A stretch of 64,000 nucleotides of DNA, taken from NCBI GenBank assembly GCA_035403165.1, contig DAONEP010000008.1, forward strand, positions 355 to 64,354, in the 5' to 3' direction. The notes beneath the pieces were generated by a model that ran no database searches, was not told where the DNA came from, and saw only the letters and a program-made list of their open reading frames with translations. The translations under genes and the position numbers were made by a program. Shown here piece after piece: positions 42,770 to 52,182 of this stretch; positions within the stretch are counted from its first letter, which is position 1; each line of letters starts with the position of its first letter. The stretch is from Bacteroidales bacterium. GTDB taxonomy: Bacteria; Bacteroidota; Bacteroidia; Bacteroidales; UBA4417.

Positions 42770-44461
42770 ATGAAAATACTGAACGCTTTTCTTATTACCG
42801 GCCTGATGATAGCAGGACTTTCGTTGCGGGCGCAGGATAACGGCAATGCTGCAAAACTGCTTGATATGGAGCAGTACGAGAAAGCTAAATCCGTACTGAA
42901 AGCAGATCTGAAAACCATGAATTCTGCAGAAAGTTGGTATTATCTGGGAAAAATTTATGCCCGGCAGTATAATGCCGATTCTGCGAATTATTGCTTTTCA
43001 AGACTTGCAGCCGCCGATCCGAAAAGCCGGCTTATCATGGTAGGACAAGCCATCAGCGAGAACCTGGCAGGCAGGAACCAGGAAGCTATGCTTCTGTTAC
43101 AAAAGACCAGGAAAGAAGCAGCCATGGCAAAGGAAACAAAAACACTTATCGAAGTGGCCGAGAACATGGTCATGGCAGGAGATACCTGCGTATGGACCGA
43201 TGTATTGACAGCAGCATTATCCATCGATAAAAAATCAGTAGAATCGTACAATGTAGCCGGAAAATTGTACCTGATTCTGGCCGGGAAATACAACTATCCG
43301 ATATATTTCGGAAAAGCTTCCGGCCGGTTCGAGCAAGCGCTTTATATCCAGCCTGACAATGTTGAGGCATTAACCGGCCTGGCAGATATTTATTTTGGTA
43401 CCAGAAACTATGAAGCCGCTGAAGAAAAGTATAGCCTGGCGCTCGCGAAAGACCCTTTGTATATCCCTGCATTAAAGGGCGCAGGCGAATTGTATTATAC
43501 GCTGGGGAAATACGATAAAGCCGGTGAAATGTATGGGAAGTATATCGGACTGGCCGAATACAGCCGGAAGGATATGGCCCGTTACATAAGTATACTGTAT
43601 TTCAACAAAGAATATTCCCGGGCTTACGAATTAATCAATACATTGCTGCCCGGCGAACCTGAGAACCCGGTTTTACTTCGGCTGAAAGGTTATACGGCAT
43701 ACGAACTCAACCGCGATGCTGAAGGATTGGAAGCGATGAAAAAGTTTTTTGAGGTACGATCGGTCGTCGATACCAATAAGGTGATTTTTACGGATTATGA
43801 GAATTATGGCAGATTGCTCGCGCGCACCGGCAACGATACGCTGGCTGTTTCAAACCTGGCCAAAGCTTTCGAAATGGATACCACCCAATACGACTTGCTT
43901 GAAGATGTTGCCAAATTGTACGATAAACAGAAAAACTACCCTGCATCCATCAATTATCTGGAAAAATTTATTGAAGCAAAGAAGGGCAAAGTTCAATCAT
44001 CAGTTTACTTCAATCTGGGTAAGGATTATCAACTCCTGGCAAACCAGTTTAGCGGAACCTCTGATTCAGCCAGCCGAAAGCCATATCTGATAAAAGCTGA
44101 TTCGGCCTTTAGCAGGGTTGTTGTGATCTCGCCAAACTCATATCTTGGATACCAATGGCGGGCCAGGGTACTGTCAGGGCTGGATCCGGAAACTATCCAG
44201 GGGCTGGCAAAAAGTGATTATGAGAAAACCATTGCGATCCTGGAACTTAAAAATGACAGGCAGAAATATAGCACAGACCTCATTGAGGCATACCGTTACA
44301 TGGGGTACTATTATTATCTCCAGTTCGAGGAGGCTAAAACAGCCAAGGATGATACCCTGAAAGAGACTGCAAAAACCAATTCCAGGAGCTATTGGCTGAA
44401 GGTATTGGAACTTGATCCGAAAAATGATGTAGCTACAAAAGCCATTTCTGCTTTGAAATAA
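42770..44461 (+). CDS. tetratricopeptide repeat protein (secreted)
   Basis: 563 aa. A signal peptide is followed by repeated TPR-like A..Y..AL..DP motifs throughout. Confidence 0.75.
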   Translation: MKILNAFLITGLMIAGLSLRAQDNGNAAKLLDMEQYEKAKSVLKADLKTMNSAESWYYLGKIYARQYNADSANYCFSRLAAADPKSRLIMVGQAISENLAGRNQEAMLLLQKTRKEAAMAKETKTLIEVAENMVMAGDTCVWTDVLTAALSIDKKSVESYNVAGKLYLILAGKYNYPIYFGKASGRFEQALYIQPDNVEALTGLADIYFGTRNYEAAEEKYSLALAKDPLYIPALKGAGELYYTLGKYDKAGEMYGKYIGLAEYSRKDMARYISILYFNKEYSRAYELINTLLPGEPENPVLLRLKGYTAYELNRDAEGLEAMKKFFEVRSVVDTNKVIFTDYENYGRLLARTGNDTLAVSNLAKAFEMDTTQYDLLEDVAKLYDKQKNYPASINYLEKFIEAKKGKVQSSVYFNLGKDYQLLANQFSGTSDSASRKPYLIKADSAFSRVVVISPNSYLGYQWRARVLSGLDPETIQGLAKSDYEKTIAILELKNDRQKYSTDLIEAYRYMGYYYYLQFEEAKTAKDDTLKETAKTNSRSYWLKVLELDPKNDVATKAISALK

Positions 44462-44520
44462 CCAATGACCTAATAAATAATACTCCTTCATGGAAAAAGA
44501 AATGATGATAATAGTTAATT

Positions 44521-44608
44521 CCGATAACAGGTTTGTATTGCGATTACTTTCCCTGTTATCTGAGTTCACTTAGAACGAAGGCCGCCCAACGTCCCGGGCG
44601 GCCTTTTT
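44521..44608 (+). ncRNA. hairpin + intrinsic-terminator module, copy 1 (candidate small RNA or structured 3' UTR element)
   Basis: A perfect 9-bp stem gataacagg/cctgttatc (44523-44531 / 44552-44560) encloses a 20-nt loop. Next come ctgagttcactta and the terminator ggccgccc-aacgtccc-gggcggcc + ttttt (44580-44608). A homologous copy lies 120 bp downstream. Confidence 0.4.
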
Positions 44609-44640
44609 AAAAAATTTGCCAATAAAGATAATTGGCGGGT

Positions 44641-44740
44641 TGAGATGGCAGGTTTTATTTGCGATTACTTCTCCTGACATCTGATCCTGACATCTGAGTC
44701 CACTTATTTGAAGACCGCCCAACGTCCCGGGCGGTTTTTT
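44641..44740 (+). ncRNA. hairpin + intrinsic-terminator module, copy 2
   Basis: The stem is gatggcagg/cctgacatc, with the 3' arm cctgacatctga duplicated at 44673-44684 and 44686-44697. The shared loop core is ttgcgattactt, followed by ctgagtccactta and the terminator accgccc-aacgtccc-gggcggt + tttttt (44714-44740). Confidence 0.4.
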
Positions 44741-45089
44741 CGTTTGCAAATATAGGTAAATTGTACATTTTACAGCCATGATGCTTTTATTGCCGCATTC
44801 CGTACCAGATTCTTTAACCAGAAATAATTGCATTCTTCCTTTACCGTGCTTGCCGCTGAAAGCGTGGAGCCTGAGACAGAAAGGTTGAAAAAAGATGATG
44901 TTACTAACTGGTACAGAAAGGGCTGAAAAGTCAGAGGAACCGGCAATTAAAAACAGAAGCCGGAATATGCAGAACATATTGGCCGTTGAACCGGCCGGCT
45001 TATGACGGCAGGCAATGATATAGAATCAGGAGTTGTAATCAACGCCGGGGATTCGGGGAGCCTGACCCAGGCGGCTATTAAAATAAAAA

Positions 45090-45119
45090 AGAAGGCCGAT
45101 CGGTTAGATCGGCCTTCTT
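45090..45119 (-). terminator. rho-independent terminator of the OmpA-family gene
   Basis: Stem agaaggccgatc / gatcggccttct with loop ggtta. The minus strand follows with ttttttatttt. Confidence 0.75.
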
Positions 45120-45138
45120 TATAATTGATAAAACCGGA

Positions 45139-46596
45139 TTACTTGGTTTTAATTTCAACCCTGCGGTTCAAGGCGCGACCGGCAGCAGTTTTGTTATCGC
45201 CGGCGGGATTGCTTTCGCCAAAGAATGCTTTGTTGAGGCGTGCTTTGCTGATCCCTTTCTTCACGAGGTAGTTGATCACATAATCGGCACGTTTTTCCGA
45301 AAGTTTCATGTTGTATGCATCGGGGCCCTGTGAATCGGCATAGCCTTCAACAGAAACGGCAACATCGGCATTTGCTTTCAGGATATCGGCAACTTCGTTG
45401 AGGTCTTTGGTATACTTGGTAAGGACCACACTCTTGTCGCAGCCGAAATAAACGACTTTGTAAAGTTCAAATTTCTTTACTTCGGGGCAACCGTTATTAG
45501 CTAACGTACCGGCAACATCCGGGCATTTATCATCGATATCGGCAATTCCGTCGCCATCAGTATCGGGGCAACCTTTAAGGTTCTTCAGGCCTTTTACATC
45601 GGGGCAGCGATCGTCGATGTCGGCAATTCCGTCACCGTCTTTATCGGGGCAACCTTTTAATTCTTTCAGTCCTTTAACGTCGGGGCAGCGGTCGTCTTTG
45701 TCGATGATTCCGTCGCCGTCTTTATCGGGGCATCCGTTGAATTCCTTCAGGCCGGCTTCTGTCGGGCAGGCGTCGTCTTTATCGATAATGCCGTCGCCAT
45801 CGGTGTCGGGGCAGCCTTTGAATTCGGGTTTGCCGGCTACATCGGGACATGCGTCGTCGAGATCGGCAATACCGTCATTATCCTTATCGGGGCAACCCAT
45901 TAACTCAACTTTACCGGGGGTTTCGGGGCAGCGGTCTGTTTTATCAGGAACGCCATCGCCATCGGTATCCTTGGGAGCGCCAAAACGGAATTTCAGTCCG
46001 GCAGTGTAATGCATGTAATCAGAACGCCTTTCGTCGTTGAGTTTTGGGGTGATCATATAATCATAAGCGCCCTGAACGTTTAATCCTAACCATTCAGTTG
46101 CCCAGAATGTCATGCCGAGGCCGAGATCACCTTTGAAATAGGTAGTCTTGCCATCTTCCTGATCTTTATCTTTGATGCTGGAAGCTCCGAGCCCCAGGTA
46201 TAGGTACGGATCGAACCATGAAGTCTCTTTCAGGATGTAGCCGTTTGCAAATTTATAGGCCAGGTTAAGGTCTCCGGTCCAGAATTTATCATCCGACAGG
46301 GGCTGATTTACCATTGTTTCTGCCATGGATTCTTTTTCCAGCTTGCTGAGCCCGAATGCGCCGAAAACATTGAATGACGGGTTGATGTAACGGCCGAGTG
46401 AAATTGCCGAGGGAAATTTATATCCCTGCCACCTTGTATATTTGAATTGATCGGGGAAATCACGCTTTACTGTGTGAAAATCTTCCCAGTTCCAATTAAT
46501 ACCCAAGGCCCATTTGTGATCCGAATTCTGAGCAGTCGTAAAATTTGCAGCGGCTGTCAGAAAAATGATTACTGCCAATAGAGCGTACTTTCTCAT
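45139..46596 (-). CDS. OmpA family outer-membrane protein with thrombospondin type 3 (calcium-binding) repeats
   Basis: 485 aa. It has a signal peptide, an N-terminal beta-barrel-like region, about seven DxDxDGxxDxxDxCP repeats (DTDGDGVPDKTDRCPETPG, DKDNDGIADLDDACPDVAG, and so on) and a C-terminal OmpA_C domain (GYADSQGPDAYNMKLSEKRADYV...NRRVEI). Confidence 0.85.
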   Translation of the reverse strand: MRKYALLAVIIFLTAAANFTTAQNSDHKWALGINWNWEDFHTVKRDFPDQFKYTRWQGYKFPSAISLGRYINPSFNVFGAFGLSKLEKESMAETMVNQPLSDDKFWTGDLNLAYKFANGYILKETSWFDPYLYLGLGASSIKDKDQEDGKTTYFKGDLGLGMTFWATEWLGLNVQGAYDYMITPKLNDERRSDYMHYTAGLKFRFGAPKDTDGDGVPDKTDRCPETPGKVELMGCPDKDNDGIADLDDACPDVAGKPEFKGCPDTDGDGIIDKDDACPTEAGLKEFNGCPDKDGDGIIDKDDRCPDVKGLKELKGCPDKDGDGIADIDDRCPDVKGLKNLKGCPDTDGDGIADIDDKCPDVAGTLANNGCPEVKKFELYKVVYFGCDKSVVLTKYTKDLNEVADILKANADVAVSVEGYADSQGPDAYNMKLSEKRADYVINYLVKKGISKARLNKAFFGESNPAGDNKTAAGRALNRRVEIKTK

Positions 46597-46831
46597 AACT
46601 ATTTGTTTTAGGTGTAATTAATGATTATTTCAAGTTTGAGGTTTATATGATTTTTGTGTTAGTGTTTTTTCCGGTATAACAGGTTCAATAAGTTCGTTAA
46701 CCTGTTTGTGGAACCTGCAAATTTCGTACTAAATATACGAAAAGACAAAGCCGATACAATCATTTTTTTATTTTCTTTGGTCTAAATAAACTAAAAGACA
46801 GTAAATCAGGCATATAAAAATTTTTTAGCCC

Positions 46832-48952
46832 CTAATTTACTATCAACCGGACAGCTTTTTTCATGTTTTTCGATGTCAGAAATAATACGTAAGCGGAAGA
46901 AGAAAGGTCCTCAATGCCGACCGGTATTTTATTCATACCGGTGACCGATTGATAATCCCAGCTTCTGATGGTTTTTCCGGTTAACGATTTTATTTCAAGG
47001 CTCACCAATCCGGGTTGCTTGCATTGGTAATAAAGGAAAGTATTGTCATTTGCCGGATTGGGAGCAAGAAAAATGTCTTCGCTATTTGCAAAAGGTTCGC
47101 CTTCGCCTGCGCCTGAACTCACATAGGAAGCATCCCATCCTTCGCCTGTTCCTGTATTGCTGGTGAAGAATATGAGCAACATTTTTCCGCTGGTGGCAGT
47201 CACGGGAGGAGGCATTTCAGAACCGGAGAATTCCCCTAATTGTTCATGGGTTACCAGGTCCGTAATAATTACCTTGTCAAGAGTGTCGGCAGTTGAGAAG
47301 GACGTAAACCAGAGGGTGACAAAATCAGCGCCGGGAGGTTCAATGCGCCATTTGCATACCGAATTGTTGTTGTAACGTTTATCGCCGCTGCCGTCGCTGA
47401 ACGATCCGGAAGTGGCAGTGAGCGTGGTTTGCCCGCTGCAATATACCGGCAATGTGCTTCTGTAATCGGCTATCCATCCGCCCAGGTTGTTGCTGGCATT
47501 GCTGCTGAATGTTACCAGTAACCGGTCGCTGCCTGAAGTTATCTCCGCCGGAAGAGTATTACCCGAAAATGAACCCAGGACAGTAGCTGTTGTGGTATCG
47601 CCGTCATAAACCACGATGCTGTCGGATGTATCCGTATCAATGGCATTGAATATCAGCTTGATATTTGAAACCGAATCATGTTCTGCGTCATCAGGCTGAA
47701 TCAGCCATGAGCAATCCGATCCGGGCTGGTACCGGAACCATCCGCTTCCGTCTTCAACCGAACCGTCGATGGATGACAGCGTTTTGTTACCTGAGCAATA
47801 AGGCGGATAGTCTGATGAAAGGGTATCAGGAAACAAAGGGATCACTTCCTGGGCATAATTGAAGTTGTTGCCGCCGGGCGTCAGGTTATCGAGATAAAAA
47901 TACCCGTCGTTTGATCCGCCCCATCCCCAGTTGAAATGGAAATAGCCGGTTCCCTGGTAACCGTCGCATACGAAAGCATGCCCGTTATCGGATTGTACCC
48001 CTTCCCAGCCTGCATAGTACAACGGCTTGCGCTGATCAAGACTGGCAACCAGAATGCTGTCCCAGTCGAGATTGGTACTGTCGCGGAAATAGTACTTAGT
48101 TTCGGGGCCGTATCCAAAATAAGTTCTGAGCGAATAGGCTGCTTTATGGTTCCACATTCCGCTTCCGTCAGGGCCGTAATCCATATCTACCGAAACTCCA
48201 AGGTGAAACAGGAGGGTGGCAACAGCGTCGTTTTCACGTGAAAGGTACGATGGCATAGCGTCCCACTGGTATGTTGCTGAGCCGAAATCAGCGGAAATTG
48301 TCCCGTAATCGGGAAGGTAATAAGCGTATGATCCTGCGCCCTGTTGGGGATACCTGTAATAATAAAGGAGCTGGCCCATTGCCGTAGCAACGCAGCCTGC
48401 ATAACAGTGGCCTCCGGGACCGGCTGGATCAGGCGGGCACATAGCATTATAAGGGCTTCCCTGGTTCCATTTGCTCACAAGGAGCGGCGCTACCGACAAC
48501 AGGCCGGTATTATCCCTTAAATTCTCCGGATTATCCGATGCCAGCCTTTTCCATTCTTCTGAAATGGCGGGAACAGCTTCATTACCGGAAATTATCAGTT
48601 GATGTATCTGATTTTCATAGTGTTTCATCCACGATGAAAAACAGCAGGAAATATTTTCAGGATCATAAGAGTTGTCGAAAGAGTAAGCAAGGACAGGAAC
48701 TGTATTGTCGCTTGCCGAAACAATGACAAATCCTCCGGTATTCAGCGTGCAGATATAATACAACGGGGCACCGGAATCTTTTTCAAAAATCTGCACGGTT
48801 TTTATACTACAGTATCCTGACTGTCTGGCGGCAGGGCAACTTTCATAACAGAAATTAGCTGCCACACGCCCGGCAGTCTCACGTGTGACAATCCCGCAGT
48901 TTGCAGCAGCAACGATGCTGAGAAGCATGACCGTAAACAGAAAGTTTTTCAT
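46832..48952 (-). CDS. C10 family (streptopain-like) cysteine peptidase with two CUB-like domains and T9SS C-terminal sorting domain, paralog 1
   Basis: The preferred ATG at 48952 gives MKNFLFTVMLLSIVAAANC. It has the catalytic Cys motif YAGCVATAMGQLLYYY, the His motif GHAFVCDGY, HFNWGWGG, CUB-like segments (GSVEDGSG...CSWLI and GSFSDGSG..YNNNSVCKWRI) and the CTD LAPNPANDNTFLYY...VRLIVN. Confidence 0.8.
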   Translation of the reverse strand: MKNFLFTVMLLSIVAAANCGIVTRETAGRVAANFCYESCPAARQSGYCSIKTVQIFEKDSGAPLYYICTLNTGGFVIVSASDNTVPVLAYSFDNSYDPENISCCFSSWMKHYENQIHQLIISGNEAVPAISEEWKRLASDNPENLRDNTGLLSVAPLLVSKWNQGSPYNAMCPPDPAGPGGHCYAGCVATAMGQLLYYYRYPQQGAGSYAYYLPDYGTISADFGSATYQWDAMPSYLSRENDAVATLLFHLGVSVDMDYGPDGSGMWNHKAAYSLRTYFGYGPETKYYFRDSTNLDWDSILVASLDQRKPLYYAGWEGVQSDNGHAFVCDGYQGTGYFHFNWGWGGSNDGYFYLDNLTPGGNNFNYAQEVIPLFPDTLSSDYPPYCSGNKTLSSIDGSVEDGSGWFRYQPGSDCSWLIQPDDAEHDSVSNIKLIFNAIDTDTSDSIVVYDGDTTTATVLGSFSGNTLPAEITSGSDRLLVTFSSNASNNLGGWIADYRSTLPVYCSGQTTLTATSGSFSDGSGDKRYNNNSVCKWRIEPPGADFVTLWFTSFSTADTLDKVIITDLVTHEQLGEFSGSEMPPPVTATSGKMLLIFFTSNTGTGEGWDASYVSSGAGEGEPFANSEDIFLAPNPANDNTFLYYQCKQPGLVSLEIKSLTGKTIRSWDYQSVTGMNKIPVGIEDLSSSAYVLFLTSKNMKKAVRLIVN

Positions 48953-49214
48953 ATATCTATTATTTATTTTAAATGTCGACAAAAGTAATAGTTAAATATA
49001 AAAATTAATGATATAAAGCAAGGTTGATTTTGTTTAAAATAATCCGAAACAGGTTGAATTTCAATGATGGAAAATATTTCAACCTGTTCCGGATGAGCGG
49101 TTGATAGGCAAGTTCCCTGCAAGAGGAGCGTGTTCCTGATCTATCCTGTGTTCAACTGTCTCCGGGATTTCTTTCCGGATTACAATTGCTGCATTTTTAT
49201 GTGCCGGAAAATGG

Positions 49215-51302
49215 TTATTCGATCACAACTTTCCGGGTAATCACGCTTTTACCGTTTATCAGGCGCAGAACATAAATACCGGAGGCAAAACCAGAAACGT
49301 CAATGCGTTCATCGGCCAGTGTATTCCCGGAGGAAACCGATCTGGCCAATACTTCATGACCTGCAGCATTGGTAAGAGTAAGAACCTGCTTTTCACCCGG
49401 GAAACATGGGAAAGAGATATTCAGCAAGCCGGAAGCCGGGTTCGGGTAAACGAACAGGCTGTTTTCACGGGGATTTTCGGAACCGTTGTATGTATCAGCC
49501 TGGTAGGTTATGTTCCATCCCGACGCAGTATTAGATGGATCTGTTTTGAACAGTATCAATACCTTACCCGTGTTGAGATATAGGGGACCGGGAATTTCCG
49601 GTCCCGAGAGCTGGTACAATGTCGAACCGGTATTGATGTCGATAATGAGGAGGAAATCATTTTCGTCGAAAGTGGAAAATTCGTTGAAGTAAAGAGTGAT
49701 GTTCCGGGCGTCGGGAGGCATAATCCGGTATTTGCATACACTGTTGTTGTGATAATCATAAGTTCCGCTGCCATCGGTAAACGTTCCCATCGGCTCGGTA
49801 AGGGTAGTGACACCCGGACAGAAACTTACCGTTTGGGCTGAATAGGAAGCGAACCAACCGTTATCGGTTCCCCCGTTGTCGCTTGTAAAACTGACAAACA
49901 TCTTATTGTCGGTAGCTGTAATGACCGGCGGCAGGGATTGACCGGTCAGGGTGGCCAGCACCGGGGCTGTATCATCAGATCCGTCATAGATGGTCAGGAA
50001 ATCGTGATTTTCTTCGAGATTAAAACGATGGAAGGTAAGCTGGAGGTCCCTGATTGAGTCTTGGGGAGCAATAAGCCAACCGCAACCGGTATTATCGAGA
50101 TAGGGCTGCAAAGGGCCGCTGCCGTCTTCGAGGGAGCCATAGTTGGCCGTTAATGTGTTTGCTTCCGTGCAGTAATAGGGGTAAGTGCTGTTAGGTACAA
50201 AATTAATAATGGCGCCTTGTCCCTGGCTGAAGTTGTTGCCTGCCGGATTCAGGTTCGAAAGCAGGAAATAGCCATTTGCAGTTCCGCCCCATCCCCAGTT
50301 GAAATGAAAATAAAGGTCATCGGAATAGCCGTCAAGGTTAAAGGCATGTCCTCCTGTGCCATAGCCGTCGTAATACATCGGTTGCCCGGCATCCAGTTGC
50401 TGGCGCATCAGATTGCCCCATTGTTCATCGGTGTAATCATCTTTATAAACCAGGGTGAGGTCATCCGAATACCCGAAATATGTTTTCAGGGCAGTGGCGG
50501 CATCTTCACTGTAGGCGCCTGAACCATCCGGGCTATACATCATGTTGACTGAGATGCCGAGATGCGACTGTAACTGAGCCATTTCGTAGTTAAAGCCAAT
50601 GGAGCTGTTAGCCATTTCTTCCCAATGATACTCGGTATTTCCGAAATCAGCAAAAAGGTATCCGTAATTACCCCAGGTGTACCCGTGGGATCCGGTTCCC
50701 TGTAATGGCCAACGCCAGTAATACGTAATCTGGGCCATTGCCGTAGCCACACACCCTGCATAAACGTGCCCCCCGGGACCTTTAGAATCGGCAGGGCAAA
50801 GCAGGTTATAGGGCGCGCCCTGGTTCCAGGTGCAGGTAAGCATGGGTGCGACACCGGTGGTAGCCCGCTGACCTTCCGGTTGCTGTCCGCTGAGATAGCT
50901 TTTCCATAGCCCGGTTATCTTATCGTCAGCCTGAAGGTTGTGTTGCCTGGCATAATTAATCTGTTCGGCATACCCCTGCATCCATGCGGTAAAATTTTCA
51001 GGCAGGTTGTTTTCATCGTAGCCTCCGGTAAACGAATATCCTAATACCGGCATAACAACATCATCGGCCGATACTATGATAAAACCGTTTCCGGAAAGGT
51101 CGGCAACATAATAAACCGGCAGTCCGTTCATCGAAACGGTCAGCATATTTTCGCTGAGCGTGAAATCCTGATTTGATGACGGGGCTTTTTCCCGGATAAT
51201 TGTTCCGGCGACTTTTCGTGCGTCCGACACAGTCACTTCTTTGGCAAAAAGTTGGGCGGCAAAGAAAAATGAAATTACGAAAATGGGTAAGATATATCTC
51301 AT
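49215..51302 (-). CDS. C10 family cysteine peptidase with two CUB-like domains and T9SS CTD, paralog 2
   Basis: The preferred ATG at 51302 gives MRYILPIFVISFFFAAQLFA. Motifs present are YAGCVATAMAQITYYW, GHAFNLDGY, HFNWGWGG, GTFTDGSGTYDYHNNSVCKYRI and the CTD VYPNPASGLLNISF...GIYVLRLINGKSVITRKVVIE. Confidence 0.8.
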   Translation of the reverse strand: MRYILPIFVISFFFAAQLFAKEVTVSDARKVAGTIIREKAPSSNQDFTLSENMLTVSMNGLPVYYVADLSGNGFIIVSADDVVMPVLGYSFTGGYDENNLPENFTAWMQGYAEQINYARQHNLQADDKITGLWKSYLSGQQPEGQRATTGVAPMLTCTWNQGAPYNLLCPADSKGPGGHVYAGCVATAMAQITYYWRWPLQGTGSHGYTWGNYGYLFADFGNTEYHWEEMANSSIGFNYEMAQLQSHLGISVNMMYSPDGSGAYSEDAATALKTYFGYSDDLTLVYKDDYTDEQWGNLMRQQLDAGQPMYYDGYGTGGHAFNLDGYSDDLYFHFNWGWGGTANGYFLLSNLNPAGNNFSQGQGAIINFVPNSTYPYYCTEANTLTANYGSLEDGSGPLQPYLDNTGCGWLIAPQDSIRDLQLTFHRFNLEENHDFLTIYDGSDDTAPVLATLTGQSLPPVITATDNKMFVSFTSDNGGTDNGWFASYSAQTVSFCPGVTTLTEPMGTFTDGSGTYDYHNNSVCKYRIMPPDARNITLYFNEFSTFDENDFLLIIDINTGSTLYQLSGPEIPGPLYLNTGKVLILFKTDPSNTASGWNITYQADTYNGSENPRENSLFVYPNPASGLLNISFPCFPGEKQVLTLTNAAGHEVLARSVSSGNTLADERIDVSGFASGIYVLRLINGKSVITRKVVIE

Positions 51303-51424
51303 GGGCAAAATTTTTCCAAAAATAAATAAAAACAATCACCCCGCAGAAAAATGTAACGGGGTGATTGAAAAAACTTAAGAGCCGAAGTAAGTTGTTAAAC
51401 TGCGGACCGGATTGGAATGGTTTA

Positions 51425-51784
51425 TCAGGCTGGCATTTGTCCAACCATGGATGCTACTTCGTGGGCAACCTGAACGTTGTACTCAAGGGCAAGCTGGCGA
51501 TGGTTTACCAGGTCTACAATGGTACCGATGAGGCATAACCCTCCGGTAAGCAGGTATAGAATTCCCATCCCAATCTGGTTGACCAGGAACCGCTAAATGC
51601 CGGCAATGCCAATGAAACCGGCTAATGCGGTAAGGAGTATGATCTGAGGATCACGGCGCCTGATCCGGTACATGTTGGCAAAATTCAGCAGTTGTTGTTC
51701 GGTGTAATTTTTTGTTATGCCTTGAATGAAGCCCATCTCTTGCATATCGAGTTCGGGCAGCAATTGGTAAAGGGGTGTGCTCAT
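51425..51784 (-). pseudogene. TM2 domain protein gene interrupted by an in-frame TAG (51593-51595)
   Basis: The track ORF 51593..51784 ends ...LLTALAGFIGIAGI*. The same frame then continues RFLVNQIGMGILYLLTGGLCLIGTIVDLVNHRQLALEYNVQVAHEVASMVGQMPA* to the TGA at 51425-51427. Together the two parts form a complete TM2 domain, with the stop at the position normally occupied by H/Q in the G-x-[HQ]-R-F motif. Confidence 0.65.
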
Positions 51785-51814
51785 GGTGGAAAGGTTTAAT
51801 TGTTTGATTTGTAG

Positions 51815-52168
51815 TTATATGGTTGACGGATTTGCCTGTTGACCAGAATTCTGTATGGGCTGTACCCGGGATAACCTGAATGCATTGGTAAAAACGGAAA
51901 GGATCCGCCATAATAAAAGAGCCAGCGCAGGAAATCCCAGTGGATGCATACGGAGCGACCCAATAAACTGACCATGAAGGATCAGGGCGATGGAACGTCC
52001 CAGTCCGCAACCCGGACAGAATTCGAAGCCGAAGTATTTCAAGGGACAAAGCGTATAATGGGTTCCGGTATTGGCTGTTGCCGCCAGCAAGATCAAAGCT
52101 GTGAGCCATATTATGGCTTCAAGGCTGTTGAAAGAAAAAAGCAGATATCGTCTTAAACCTGGTTTCAT
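51815..52168 (-). CDS. DUF2752 domain-containing membrane protein
   Basis: 117 aa. CPLKYFGFEFCPGCGLGRSIALIL matches the CP....G..CPGCG..R signature of DUF2752. It lies 30 bp upstream of the TM2 gene on the same strand. Confidence 0.7.
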   Translation of the reverse strand: MKPGLRRYLLFSFNSLEAIIWLTALILLAATANTGTHYTLCPLKYFGFEFCPGCGLGRSIALILHGQFIGSLRMHPLGFPALALLLWRILSVFTNAFRLSRVQPIQNSGQQANPSTI

Positions 52169-52182
52169 TGCTTATTACCGGC

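Noticed and set aside
44521-44740. A possible CRISPR array or other repeat array.
   Set aside because: There are only two copies. The repeats are about 90 nt and contain terminators, there is no regular repeat-spacer periodicity, and no cas genes lie in the window.
44570-44977. The 135-aa minus-strand ORF in the TPR/OmpA intergenic region.
   Set aside because: It runs straight through two plus-strand intrinsic terminators and the repeat modules. Its composition is low-complexity, and no signal or family was recognised.
45480-45960. Tandem DNA repeats noticed on both strands, which also produce the antisense ORF 45617..46009.
   Set aside because: They are the coding repeats for the thrombospondin type 3 calcium-binding motifs of the OmpA-family protein, not a non-coding repeat array.
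49044-49092. An 11-bp inverted repeat (aacaggttgaa / ttcaacctgtt) with a 19-nt loop between C10 paralogs 1 and 2.
   Set aside because: It is most simply the transcription terminator of paralog 2, since the minus strand follows it with T-rich sequence. The large loop makes it weak, and it is not distinctive enough to report as a feature.
51593-51595. Genome-wide TAG reassignment as an explanation for the in-frame TAG in the TM2 gene.
   Set aside because: TAG terminates the FKBP gene at its expected end (16479-16481). All other long genes are uninterrupted under the standard code, so a local mutation, error or read-through is more likely.
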